Below, one piece after another: positions 12,001 through 20,335 of a DNA stretch of 34,549 nucleotides (positions are counted from its first letter, which is position 1; every line of letters starts with the position of its first letter). The notes under the pieces are model-generated. The model made no database searches, had not been told where the DNA came from, and saw only the letters and a list, made by a program, of their open reading frames with translations. The stretch comes from Ferrovaceae bacterium (lineage in GTDB: Bacteria; Pseudomonadota; Gammaproteobacteria; Burkholderiales; Ferrovaceae): NCBI GenBank assembly GCA_027457225.1, contig DAIDTL010000001.1, positions 1-34,549 on the forward strand, in the 5' to 3' direction. The translations under genes were made by a program, and so were the position numbers.

Positions 12001-12332
12001 AACTCCCGTGCGGCAAGATTTGGCCCGCTGGTGGTAGGACCAGTCAAGGCGAAGGTTCCGACGACATGGTTGTCCAGCCACACGGGGCAAGACCAGGAAG
12101 ATGCTGCAAGCGAGTCCCGTCCCACGGAAGTGCTGGGGGCTGCGAAAACCGCAAGTTTGCCATCCGCTTCCACCATGATCACAGCGAACAGCCCTGGCAT
12201 GGCGTTTTCGGCAAACCGGCAGACGGCTTCGCCCAATATTTGCGGCGATTTTCCATCAGCCAGATCATTTAAAATCCTGGTTGAAAGTTGTAAAAACTCA
12301 GTTTTCAGAGGGGCATCTGGCACGCGATCCAT
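9006..12332 (-). CDS. Multidomain c-di-GMP signalling protein: GAF-GAF-GGDEF-(globin-sensor-like helical region)-GAF-EAL
   Basis: 1108 aa. RDTD I-site lies 5 aa before SGGDEF (aa 401-406, nt 11115..11129). EAL-domain motifs are YQPIV, EALARL (aa 869-871), ELEVLED, DDLGAGYSSL, VKIDQ, EEGLES and QGY. GAF-like blocks at about aa 20-125, 150-305 and 675-825. Confidence 0.9.
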   Translation of the reverse strand: MDRVPDAPLKTEFLQLSTRILNDLADGKSPQILGEAVCRFAENAMPGLFAVIMVEADGKLAVFAAPSTSVGRDSLAASSWSCPVWLDNHVVGTFALTGPTTSGPNLAARELLEFCSAMTGTVLRYAQLQDKALEQHAALSRAIQFNVMLAQANQVIADAEDVQALFKAVCEIAVQHGQMKLAFIGVPGADQHFRVLAAAGHTGYLDGLIISSNPALPEGQGSMGQAWRDGKVMYNQSFANTPHLGPWKLRASEAGFGASASLPILRQGAVMAVLSVYHAQENIFSADLRQVLEELSRNISHGLERIFLQRRLVHEQDKQRYLTIHDALTGLPNRLALDQHLPGALARARKDQTLLAVCLADLDDFKAINDAHGMEGGDRLLKVVAQRLRSALRDTDLVARSGGDEFVLVIEGLLRYEDLFPRLARIHELLSNEIELPDAHRVTVQISLGLTFYPNDGGDGDLLMRHAFEAMYGLKAHKGVRSSWWQIWGEGNLIASPAQVPSIEPYGAEAAALLAPLQDALFPLPHDFVETLHSDWLGRVTIATLLERLDPEDLAVQKARLERHILMLQRADLTEDQHRGFAEALGRVNTLVGFDLTALIEAIQAYQNQVGHRLHELQGMRLSEKQRVMDVIAGRLRVELQSQIRALQQLMVQRQSWLAEQSLRLSHATSWVDTCRELLESITELQGCIAATINRPDTTGKLVYEFKTAVLERYLNDLEAAGVVPHLVNVQDGQSLRPAHMRIWQTEQIETNASYATERHLSHLRKSAHDSEIRSAVFVPITDGQGRIAAALGVFGHHPGQFESAETQLFFQSIGHLLSQARQRLYRPNLVYQSSDQRRMFRRLLENGGLMMEYQPIVDLTTGKPTKIEALARLKMADGTLASPAIFLSGFGTRELVLLFQRGLDQALAHLSHLGQYPDLIVSLNLPPAVLVEAECAQWVEQALQRQGIPARRLELEVLEDAEFHDLEAARVTLVTLAAQGVHLVMDDLGAGYSSLLRLRHLPFSTVKIDQGLVREIAKDPERVIVFISGLVRLAKSLKLRVTEEGLESSELVEVASLLGADEGQGYALSRPLPAAALAPWLASFHWIVAHDNPVTPLGRLALQKRGY

Positions 12333-12377
12333 TCCGTCTTGGGCTCACAAAGACATCAGGTTCGATATCGAATACCT

Positions 12378-12436
12378 CATTCTGCCACGAGTCTGACTTC
12401 AAGTCCCATCACAACCCGGTTTCCTGTGGCAGAATG
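12378..12436. repeat. 11-bp perfect inverted repeat (CATTCTGCCAC 12378-12388 / GTGGCAGAATG 12426-12436) in the divergent intergenic region
   Basis: Read directly from the sequence. A 12-bp palindrome, TTCGATATCGAA, sits at 12361-12372. Confidence 0.75.
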
Positions 12437-12466
12437 CCTCTCTCTCCTTTGCCTGCGAGGTGACTC

Positions 12467-13036
12467 ATGATTCGATACCTGCATTCATCGCACCTGATCG
12501 GAGTGGCCCTGTTAAGCCTGGTGCTGGCTTATCCTGCTGCTGCCAAAAACGAAGACACCTATGATCAGGACTCCATTCTCAAGGATGCCACGGATTTTTT
12601 TGGAAACACCACCGAGGGACTGGCTAAACTGATCGAAAAAGCTTTCAAGGAACAGGGGCGGCCTAACGGCTACATCAAGGGCGAAGAAGCCAGCGGCGCC
12701 ATGGCGGTGGGATTGCGCTACGGCGATGGCATACTGACGTTAAAAAGCGGTGGTGGCCGGAAAGTTTATTGGACCGGCCCGTCACTGGGCTTCGACTTCG
12801 GTGGCAACGCCTCCAAAGTTTTTATCCTGGTCTATCACCTGCCTTCAGTGGACAAGATTTTCCAGCGTTACCCGGGAGTGGATGGCAGCTTTTACTATGT
12901 GGGCGGTGCCGGCCTCAACTATCAGCAACGGGGGAGCATCATCCTTGCCCCGATCCGCCTGGGAGTGGGACTACGCACCGGCGCCAGCGTGGGTTACATG
13001 CATTACACACCCGAGAAAACCTGGAACCCGTTTTGA
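12467..13036 (+). CDS. DUF1134-family periplasmic protein (EipA-like)
   Basis: 189 aa. Signal peptide (LLSLVLAYPAAA), then GYIKGEE..G..AVGLRYG.G, GPSLGFDFGG, LVYHLPSVD, GVDGS.Y.VGG and a terminal TWNPF, which match my recollection of DUF1134. GAGG Shine-Dalgarno 6 nt upstream. Confidence 0.75.
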   Translation: MIRYLHSSHLIGVALLSLVLAYPAAAKNEDTYDQDSILKDATDFFGNTTEGLAKLIEKAFKEQGRPNGYIKGEEASGAMAVGLRYGDGILTLKSGGGRKVYWTGPSLGFDFGGNASKVFILVYHLPSVDKIFQRYPGVDGSFYYVGGAGLNYQQRGSIILAPIRLGVGLRTGASVGYMHYTPEKTWNPF

Positions 13037-13121
13037 AGACTAAAGATCGGGGACAGGCCTCATTTTAATGGGGCGTGTCCCCTGTGGTAAAATGCCGGTC
13101 TGTCCCCTATTAGTTATCCCC

Positions 13122-14453
13122 TTGAACAAGAAAGTCCATATCCGCACTTTTGGTTGTCAGATGAACGCGTATGACTCGGACAAAATGGCCGATCTGTTGT
13201 ACGCCAGTCATGGCCTGGAAAAAACCGAGCATGCCGAAGAGGCCGATGTCATCGTGCTCAATACCTGCTCGGTCCGCGAAAAAGCCCAGGAAAAAGTGTT
13301 TTCCGATCTGGGGCGTCTGGCTGAACTCAAGCGGGACAAACCCGATCTCGTCATTGCAGTAGGCGGCTGCGTGGCAAGCCAGGAAGGTCATGCCATCGTG
13401 GCGCGCGCCCCCTACGTGGATCTGGTGTTCGGTCCACAAACCCTGCATCGCCTGCCAGCCCTTCTGGATGCACGGCGGCGCAGCGGTACCGCGCAGGTAG
13501 ACATCTCATTTCCTGAAATCGAAAAATTCGACGCACTTCCTCCGGCCCGGGTGGAAGGCCCCACGGCTTTTGTGTCCATCATGGAAGGCTGCAGCAAGTA
13601 CTGCAGTTTTTGCGTGGTGCCTTACACGCGGGGTGAAGAGTTTTCTCGCCCGTTGCCCGACGTGCTGCGTGAGATCAGTGACCTCGCAGCGCGCGGCGTG
13701 AAGGAAGTCACCCTGCTGGGTCAGAATGTCAACGCTTACCTCGATCTCGAGAGCAGCGCAGAAGACACCGATTTTGCGTCGCTCCTGGAACAGGTCAGCG
13801 CACTTCCCGGCATCGAACGCATTCGCTATACCACCAGCCACCCGCTGGAATTTACCCAGCGCCTGATTGACGCACACGCGCGTCTCTCCAAACTGGTGGG
13901 TCAGGTGCACCTGCCGGTGCAATCGGGATCAGACCGCATCCTCGCCGCCATGAAGCGCGGTTACACCGCGCTGGAATACAAATCCATCATCTGCCGCCTG
14001 CGTGAGGTCTGTCCCCAGATTTCTCTCTCGAGCGATTTCATCATCGGCTTTCCGGGCGAGACCGAAGCCGATTTTAATGCCACGCTGCAATTGATTGACG
14101 AGGTGGGCTTTGATGGCGGTTACGGCTTTATTTACAGTCCGCGTCCCGGCACTCCGGCAGCAGAGCTGCCTGACAGGTTGAGCGAACAGGTCAAGCTGGC
14201 GCGCCTCCAAACCTTGTTGGCAAAAACCGATGCTGTGGCGGCGCGCATCAGCCAGGCCATGGTCGGCACCCGTCAGCGCGTGCTGGTGGACGGTCATGCC
14301 AAACGCGACACCTCCGAACTGCGCGGGCGCACCGACAACAACCGGGTCGTCAATTTTCCGGGGCAGGCGCGCCTGCTCGGACAGTTTGTGGAGGTGACCA
14401 TCACCGCCACGGCGCATTATTCGCTGCGCGGCGAAATCGTCATTCTTTCCTGA
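13122..14453 (+). CDS. miaB: tRNA-2-methylthio-N6-dimethylallyladenosine synthase
   Basis: [21 protein letters not shown]-terminus and radical-SAM [17 protein letters not shown]. The ORF is open from ATG 13068 (also ATG 13092). The in-frame TTG at 13122 gives [15 protein letters not shown], co-linear with E. coli MiaB as I recall it. The start is therefore uncertain (13068/13092/13122). Confidence 0.93.
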   Translation: MNKKVHIRTFGCQMNAYDSDKMADLLYASHGLEKTEHAEEADVIVLNTCSVREKAQEKVFSDLGRLAELKRDKPDLVIAVGGCVASQEGHAIVARAPYVDLVFGPQTLHRLPALLDARRRSGTAQVDISFPEIEKFDALPPARVEGPTAFVSIMEGCSKYCSFCVVPYTRGEEFSRPLPDVLREISDLAARGVKEVTLLGQNVNAYLDLESSAEDTDFASLLEQVSALPGIERIRYTTSHPLEFTQRLIDAHARLSKLVGQVHLPVQSGSDRILAAMKRGYTALEYKSIICRLREVCPQISLSSDFIIGFPGETEADFNATLQLIDEVGFDGGYGFIYSPRPGTPAAELPDRLSEQVKLARLQTLLAKTDAVAARISQAMVGTRQRVLVDGHAKRDTSELRGRTDNNRVVNFPGQARLLGQFVEVTITATAHYSLRGEIVILS

Positions 14454-14463
14454 ACACCTCCGC

Positions 14464-15432
14464 ATGACCACCCTTGAACTCGACCTGCAGCCCGTGAATA
14501 ATCATCGTCTGGCCAACCTGTGCGGCGTGCTTGACGAAAATCTGAAACAAATCGAGCGTACCCTGGCCGTTTCCATTCGCCGCCGCGGCGAACATTTCAG
14601 CGTGGAAGGGGAAAAAGACAAGACCGTGTTGGCTGCCGAGATCCTGCAAACTTTTTACCGCAATGCCCGCGACAATCTCTCTGCCGAGGACATTCACATG
14701 GGCCTGGTACAGGCCCTGGGCCAGGCTGTCATGGGGTCCCCGGGTTCTGCCAACACGGACAGCGCGGAACCACAGCTGCGTACGCGCAGACCCGATCTTA
14801 AAAGTCGCTCTGCACGCCAGCTGCAGTACCTGCAGCAAATCCAGAGCCATGTGATCACCTTTGGCGTGGGCCCGGCCGGTACCGGCAAAACTTATCTTGC
14901 CGTGGCTTCGGCCGTGGACGCGCTGGAGCGCGAAGAGGTCAAACGCATTGTGCTGGTCCGCCCGGCCGTGGAAGCCGGAGAGAAACTGGGGTTCCTGCCC
15001 GGCGACCTTAACCAGAAAGTGGATCCCTACCTGCGCCCGCTCTACGATGCACTGTATGACCTGATGAGTTATGAGCGCGTGGGCCGCCTGTTTGAACGCG
15101 GCATTATCGAGGTGGCCCCGTTGGCATTCATGCGCGGGCGCACCCTTAACCATAGCTTCACCATTCTGGATGAAGCCCAGAACACCACGCCGGAACAGAT
15201 GAAAATGTTTTTGACACGGATCGGCTTCGGCACCAAAGCTGTCGTCACCGGCGACGTCACTCAAATCGACCTGCACCACACCCAGAAGAGTGGTCTCATC
15301 GATGCGCGCAATGTGCTGCAGCGGGTAGAAGGCATTGCCTTCACGATTTTTCAGGCGGAAGACGTGGTGCGCCATCCCCTGGTGCAACAGATCGTCAATG
15401 CCTATGAACAGCATTCCCGTCCTCTCGAGTGA
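14464..15432 (+). CDS. ybeZ: PhoH-family ATPase (YbeZ)
   Basis: 322 aa. Walker A GPAGTGKTYLA, ILDEAQN, GDVTQIDL. Conserved position after miaB. Confidence 0.95.
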   Translation: MTTLELDLQPVNNHRLANLCGVLDENLKQIERTLAVSIRRRGEHFSVEGEKDKTVLAAEILQTFYRNARDNLSAEDIHMGLVQALGQAVMGSPGSANTDSAEPQLRTRRPDLKSRSARQLQYLQQIQSHVITFGVGPAGTGKTYLAVASAVDALEREEVKRIVLVRPAVEAGEKLGFLPGDLNQKVDPYLRPLYDALYDLMSYERVGRLFERGIIEVAPLAFMRGRTLNHSFTILDEAQNTTPEQMKMFLTRIGFGTKAVVTGDVTQIDLHHTQKSGLIDARNVLQRVEGIAFTIFQAEDVVRHPLVQQIVNAYEQHSRPLE

Positions 15433-15435
15433 CCC

Positions 15436-15894
15436 ATGGACTCCGAGCCGAAACACGCCCTGAATCTGTCCATCCAACTGGCCAGCCGCACCAGCGGCCT
15501 GCCCACTCGTCAACAACTGCGGCGCTGGACCCAGGCCGCCCTGATGACTTCAGCGCGTCTCACCATCCGCCTGGTGGACAGCCGTGAAGGCCGGCGCATG
15601 AACCGCGAATTCCGCCACAAGGACACCCCTACTAATGTGCTGACCTTTGTGTATGGCCTGCTGGACAACACCCTGGAAGGCGACATCGTGTTGTGCGCCC
15701 CGGTAGTGAAACGTGAGGCACAGCATCAGAAAAAACCGTTGGCACATCACTACGCCCATCTGGTGGTGCATGGCCTGCTTCATCTGCAAGGGTACGACCA
15801 TCTGAAGCGGCATGATGCCCAACACATGGAAGCCATGGAAATCCAGATCCTGGAACGCTTGCGCATTCCCAACCCCTATCTTCCCTTCCATTAA
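15436..15894 (+). CDS. ybeY: rRNA maturation endoribonuclease YbeY
   Basis: 152 aa. Metal-binding motif HGLLHLQGYDH. Confidence 0.95.
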   Translation: MDSEPKHALNLSIQLASRTSGLPTRQQLRRWTQAALMTSARLTIRLVDSREGRRMNREFRHKDTPTNVLTFVYGLLDNTLEGDIVLCAPVVKREAQHQKKPLAHHYAHLVVHGLLHLQGYDHLKRHDAQHMEAMEIQILERLRIPNPYLPFH

Positions 15895-15909
15895 ACGGCA
15901 CCGCCCATC

Positions 15910-16752
15910 ATGCAAGATGATCCCCCCAGACCCTCCCTGCTGAATCGCCTGAATCAGTGGCTGCACCACGAGCCTGAAACCCGCGAGGACTTGATTGCGT
16001 TTCTGCATCTGGCACTGGAGCGCAATCTGCTCGATGCGGATGCACTCAGCATGATGGAGGGCGTGCTGGGTGTGGCCGACATGCAAGTGCGCGACGTGAT
16101 GATTCCCCGTTCCCAGATGGATGTGATCGAAATTGATCAGGAGCCGGAACAATTCATCCCCTTCGTTATCGAAACCGCGCATTCGCGTTTTCCGGTGGTG
16201 GATGAAGGCAAGGACAATGTGCTTGGCATCCTGTTGGCAAAGGACTTGCTGCGCTACTACGCCGGCGAAGAATTCAACGTGCGCGACATGCTGCGCCCCA
16301 CCGTTTTCATTCCGGAATCCAAACGCCTCAACGTCCTGCTGCGCGAGTTTCGGGCCAATCGCAATCACATTGCCATTGTGGTGGACGAATATGGCGGCGT
16401 CTCGGGACTCGTCACCATTGAAGACGTGCTGGAACAAATCGTGGGCGAGATCGAAGACGAATATGACTTCGATGAAACCGAGGACAACATCGTGCCGGAT
16501 CGCCTGGGCAAGTTTCGGGTCAAGGCAGTCACCGAGCTCGCCGACTTCAACGCGGCCCTGGGCACCCATTTGGCCAGTGACGATTTCGACACGGTGGGTG
16601 GACTCGTCCTGAATCGCTTTGGCCGCATGCCCAAACGTGGCGAGCGCATTACCTTTGGAGGGCTCGCGTTTCAAGTGCTGCGCGCTGACAGTCGGCGTTT
16701 GCATTCGGTGCTGGTGGAAAAACTGCATTCGGGGACAGACCCCACTCCATGA
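15910..16752 (+). CDS. corC: CBS-pair / CorC_HlyC domain magnesium-cobalt efflux accessory protein
   Basis: 280 aa. Two CBS repeats (VRDVMIPR..., VRDMLRP...) and a C-terminal transporter-associated domain. Position matches ybeX/corC. Confidence 0.9.
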   Translation: MQDDPPRPSLLNRLNQWLHHEPETREDLIAFLHLALERNLLDADALSMMEGVLGVADMQVRDVMIPRSQMDVIEIDQEPEQFIPFVIETAHSRFPVVDEGKDNVLGILLAKDLLRYYAGEEFNVRDMLRPTVFIPESKRLNVLLREFRANRNHIAIVVDEYGGVSGLVTIEDVLEQIVGEIEDEYDFDETEDNIVPDRLGKFRVKAVTELADFNAALGTHLASDDFDTVGGLVLNRFGRMPKRGERITFGGLAFQVLRADSRRLHSVLVEKLHSGTDPTP

Positions 16753-18248
16753 AGCCCGAAGTGATCAGCGCCCTGCTGGCCACACTCTCCGGGGGTCTCG
16801 CGGTGGCGGGCTTTGCTCCCTATGGTTTCTGGCCCGCGCCGATCATGTCACTCACCGTTTTGATGCTGTTGTGGCGGCGCACCCCGACGCCTTTGGCGGC
16901 GGCGGAGACCGGCTTTTTGTGGGGCATGGGATTTTTTGTGAGCGGGGTGAGCTGGATCGAGATCAGCCTGCACGACTTTGGCGGGATGCCCGTCGTGCTG
17001 GCGATTCTGGCCATCCTGGTCTTTGCTGCCGTACTTGCCCTGTTTCCTGCGGCCGTGGGTTATCTCGCAGCCCGTTTTTTTGCCCTTCGCCACAAAACCC
17101 GCTGGCTGCTCGCTGTCCCGGTGTTCTGGACCTTCTCGGAGTGGACCCGGAGCTGGGTACTCACGGGCTTTCCCTGGTTGTCAGTGGGGTATGCGCAAAT
17201 CCCCGACGGCCCTCTGGCAGGTTACGCCCCGATTCTGGGGGTGTTTGGCGTGACGGCAGCCAGTGTGTTGCTGGCCGGACTGATCACCACAATCGTCACC
17301 GCCCGCCGTGATGCGCACACCTATGGCCCACTGGCCCTGGGCATTCTCCTTCTGGTAGGCACCGGAGTGGGCTTGCGCCAAGTGAACTGGACGCATCCCC
17401 TGGGTGATCCACTGAGTGTCAGCCTGTTGCAGGGCAACTTTCCCCAGGATCAAAAATTCCAGAGAGCCAGCACCGGGCTGACGATACAGCGCTACACCAA
17501 TTTGCTCTACAACAGCAGGAGCCGCCTCATCATCATGCCCGAGAGCGCGCTGCCCTTTATGCGCCAACAGATGCCGGAAGCCTACGCAGAAGAGATCACG
17601 CGCTACGGCTACGAGCGCGACAGCGATGTGCTGATCGGCATGTTCTCGGAACCGGAACGCGGCCAGTACTACAACAGCGTCTTCAGTTTTGGCCACTCTC
17701 CAACACAAACCTACCAGAAGGTGCATCTGGTGCCCTTTGGTGAATTCATTCCCTTCGAGGGCCTGCTCAAACCGCTGGTGCACGCAGTGCTGAGCATTCC
17801 CCTGGACAGCCAGCAACGGGGCAGTCCTGACCAGGCGCCCATGCGGGTGGCCGGCCAATGGGTGGCTGTGGACATCTGCTACGAGGACGCTTTCGGCGAG
17901 GAAATCATTCGTGCCCTGCCGCGCGCCACCCTGCTGGCCAACCTCACCAACGATGCCTGGTTTGGTCATTCCATCGGCCCTGAACAGCACCTGCAAATGG
18001 CCCAGACCCGCGCGCTGGAAACCGGGCGCCAGATGTTACGCGCCACCAACACCGGCATCACGGCACTGATTGATGAAAAGGGGCACATCATCAGCCGCGC
18101 ACCGCGCGCCGAGATCTTCAGCCTCAACGGCCAGGCCCAGGGGTTTGCAGGGTCCACCCCATTTGTGGTGATCGGAAACCCTGGCATCCTGGTGCTGTGC
18201 CTTGTCGCCCTCCTGCTGTCGGTTCCAGCAAGGATGACCCCGCAATGA
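16749..18248 (+). CDS. lnt: Apolipoprotein N-acyltransferase
   Basis: 499 aa. Multi-TM N-terminus and a nitrilase-like domain with MPESALP, KVHLVPFGEFIP and VDICYEDAF. ATGA overlap with corC. Confidence 0.95.
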   Translation: MKPEVISALLATLSGGLAVAGFAPYGFWPAPIMSLTVLMLLWRRTPTPLAAAETGFLWGMGFFVSGVSWIEISLHDFGGMPVVLAILAILVFAAVLALFPAAVGYLAARFFALRHKTRWLLAVPVFWTFSEWTRSWVLTGFPWLSVGYAQIPDGPLAGYAPILGVFGVTAASVLLAGLITTIVTARRDAHTYGPLALGILLLVGTGVGLRQVNWTHPLGDPLSVSLLQGNFPQDQKFQRASTGLTIQRYTNLLYNSRSRLIIMPESALPFMRQQMPEAYAEEITRYGYERDSDVLIGMFSEPERGQYYNSVFSFGHSPTQTYQKVHLVPFGEFIPFEGLLKPLVHAVLSIPLDSQQRGSPDQAPMRVAGQWVAVDICYEDAFGEEIIRALPRATLLANLTNDAWFGHSIGPEQHLQMAQTRALETGRQMLRATNTGITALIDEKGHIISRAPRAEIFSLNGQAQGFAGSTPFVVIGNPGILVLCLVALLLSVPARMTPQ

Positions 18249-18811
18249 GCACTCTCACGGATTACGACATTCTCATTCTTCCCGGATGGCATGGCTCCGG
18301 ACCCGAGCACTGGCAGACGGCCTGGGAAGCCGAATTTCCCAACATGCGTCGCGTGATTCAGGAGAACTGGGAGGCACCACGTTATGCCGACTGGTCACAA
18401 CGGCTGACAGGGGCCGTTGGCGCCTGTAAGAAACCGGTGATTCTGGTGGGGCATAGCCTTGGCACAACGCTGGCCGTGCGCTGGGCGCTGACGCATTCGG
18501 CATTCACGGTGGCTGGCGCCTTTCTTGTGGCCCCCACCGACATTGATCGTTTTATCGGAGACCCCGGATATAACATCCTGGGGTTTGATCCCATTCTTCT
18601 GGCGCCCCTGCCTTTCCCCGCCATGGTCGTGGCCAGCCGCAACGATGAGCGTGTCAGTTTTGAACGTGCGGAGGTGTTTGCCACGGCCTGGAAAGCGCGT
18701 CTCATGGACGCAGGCGCACTAGGGCACATCGGCAGTGCGGCAAAACTTGGCCTGTGGCCGCAGGGGCTGGTCTGGTTCGGCCAGTTCCTCGCATCGCTGG
18801 AGTCCCCCTGA
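18245..18811 (+). CDS. RBBP9/YdeN-family alpha/beta serine hydrolase
   Basis: Start taken at ATG 18245 (MSTLTDYDILILPGWHGSG), which overlaps the lnt stop as ATGA. Nucleophile elbow VGHSLG. The longer 18197 start lies inside lnt. Confidence 0.8.
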   Translation: MSTLTDYDILILPGWHGSGPEHWQTAWEAEFPNMRRVIQENWEAPRYADWSQRLTGAVGACKKPVILVGHSLGTTLAVRWALTHSAFTVAGAFLVAPTDIDRFIGDPGYNILGFDPILLAPLPFPAMVVASRNDERVSFERAEVFATAWKARLMDAGALGHIGSAAKLGLWPQGLVWFGQFLASLESP

Positions 18812-18817
18812 GATCAT

Positions 18818-18847
18818 TTGATCCTTCATGGGTGGTCACGTTATAAT
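18818..18847 (+). promoter_or_regulatory. Sigma70-type promoter upstream of tRNA-Met
   Basis: TTGATC (18818-18823), 18-nt spacer, TATAAT (18842-18847). The tRNA 5' end is 10 nt downstream of the -10. Confidence 0.55.
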
Positions 18848-18856
18848 GCGCGGCTT

Positions 18857-18933
<77 letters not shown>

Positions 18934-18954
18934 TTTCCAAAATGGAGACTCTGT

Positions 18955-19437
18955 ATTCCACGCCGCCTGTTCTATATTCTGGGTTTCCTTATAGCCACCG
19001 GCCTCATCGGCTTTGCGCTCTATCTGCAGCATGCCCAAGGCGAAGACCCCTGCCCCCTGTGCATTTTCCAGCGCATCTTCATGATCGGGCTGGGCGCTGT
19101 TTTCCTGTTTGCTGCCCTACATAACCCGCGCGATCTGGGCGCCCGTGTCTATGCCGTGCTGATTGCCCTCACCGCTGGCACGGGAGCCGCCATTGCAGCC
19201 CGCCAGGTGTGGCTGCAGCACCTGCCCCCCGATCAGGTGCCCGCCTGCGGACCCGGGCTCAACTATATTCTGCAAGCGCACCCCTTCCTGAAAGCGTTGG
19301 AAGTGGTCTTCAAGGGCTCCGGCGAATGCGCTACGGTAGGCTGGACCTTTCTTTCACTCTCCATCGCCCAGTGGTCCCTGATCTGGTTCATCATCCTGGC
19401 AATATTGGGTATCGTCCAGCGCTTCAATCGTCGATAA
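18955..19437 (+). CDS. dsbB: Disulfide bond formation protein B, with a start-codon anomaly
   Basis: The frame of ORF 19081..19437 stays open upstream and encodes (W)[45 protein letters not shown], the first TM helix and the catalytic CxxC. The second Cys pair (PACGPG ... GECATV) is downstream. There is no in-frame ATG/GTG/TTG before 19081. The only ATG (18942) is one nucleotide out of frame. ATT at 18955 follows a GGAGA at 7-nt spacing. Confidence 0.8.
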   Translation: MPRRLFYILGFLIATGLIGFALYLQHAQGEDPCPLCIFQRIFMIGLGAVFLFAALHNPRDLGARVYAVLIALTAGTGAAIAARQVWLQHLPPDQVPACGPGLNYILQAHPFLKALEVVFKGSGECATVGWTFLSLSIAQWSLIWFIILAILGIVQRFNRR

Positions 19438-19444
19438 TCACCCC

Positions 19445-20335
19445 ATGCTGACCCTTCAGGAAATCATCCTGCGCCTGCAACGCTACTGGAGCGATCAAGG
19501 CTGCGCACTCTTGCAACCCTTCGACATGGAAGTGGGGGCCGGCACCTCGCACACCGCCACCTTCCTGCGCGCCTTGGGACCCGAACCCTGGCGTGCGGCT
19601 TATGTGCAGCCCTCGCGCCGCCCCAAGGACGGACGCTATGGCAACAACCCCAACCGCCTACAGCATTACTACCAGTTCCAGGTGGTGTTAAAACCTTCTC
19701 CAGACGCCATTCAGGAACTCTATCTGGGCTCGCTCTCGGCCTTGGGCATTGACCCCACGCAAAACGATATCCGCTTTGTGGAAGACGATTGGGAAAACCC
19801 CACCCTGGGCGCCTGGGGCCTGGGTTGGGAAGTCTGGCTCAACGGCATGGAAGTCACCCAGTTCACATATTTCCAGGAAGTGGGCGGACTTGTCTGCAAG
19901 CCGGTACTGGGGGAAATGACCTACGGCATCGAGCGCCTCGCCATGTTCCTGCAAAGTTGCGACAACGTTTTCGATCTGGTCTGGACCCCGGGCATCAGCT
20001 ACGGCGACGTGTACCATCAGAACGAAGTGGAGCAATCGCGCTACAACTTCGAGGTCAGCAACACCGAATGGCTGTTCCGCCAGTTTTCCGGACTGGAGTC
20101 CGAAGCCGCGCGGTTGATCGATGCCGGACTGCCCCTGCCAGGCTATGAGATGGTCCTGAAATGCTCACACACCTTTAACCTCCTGGATGCCCGCGGCGCC
20201 ATTTCCGTCACTGAGCGCGCCGCTTACATCGGGCGCATCCGCACCCTGGCACGCAAGGTGGCGCAGGCCTATTACGCGTCCCGCGAAGCCCTGGGATTTC
20301 CCATGTGCCCACGCACGGAAGGCACGGCACCATGA
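19445..20335 (+). CDS. glyQ: Glycine--tRNA ligase alpha subunit
   Basis: 296 aa. [41 protein letters not shown]. Confidence 0.97.
   Translation: MLTLQEIILRLQRYWSDQGCALLQPFDMEVGAGTSHTATFLRALGPEPWRAAYVQPSRRPKDGRYGNNPNRLQHYYQFQVVLKPSPDAIQELYLGSLSALGIDPTQNDIRFVEDDWENPTLGAWGLGWEVWLNGMEVTQFTYFQEVGGLVCKPVLGEMTYGIERLAMFLQSCDNVFDLVWTPGISYGDVYHQNEVEQSRYNFEVSNTEWLFRQFSGLESEAARLIDAGLPLPGYEMVLKCSHTFNLLDARGAISVTERAAYIGRIRTLARKVAQAYYASREALGFPMCPRTEGTAP

Noticed and set aside
12426-12442. TGGCAG element considered as a sigma-54 (-24/-12) promoter in the divergent region.
   Set aside because: No GC/TGC -12 element occurs at the required spacing on either strand.
14440-16728. Very long antisense ORFs opposite ybeZ, ybeY and corC: 14440..15516 (358 aa) and 15550..16728 (392 aa). 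Similar ORFs lie opposite fadD (1979..3031), lnt (17181..17996), glyS (21670..22467), lptD (30769..31881), surA (33015..33653), miaB (13929..14471) and the GGDEF gene (11175..11987).
   Set aside because: Each lies fully inside a sense gene with unmistakable conserved motifs. Their translations are low-complexity (H/Q/G/R/V-rich) with no recognisable motif. Long stop-free antisense frames are an expected by-product of GC-rich codon usage.
18942-19124. 60-aa [20 protein letters not shown]..., considered as an independent small gene after tRNA-Met.
   Set aside because: It is the out-of-frame reading of the dsbB N-terminal region. The adjacent frame encodes a textbook DsbB TM1 plus CxxC.
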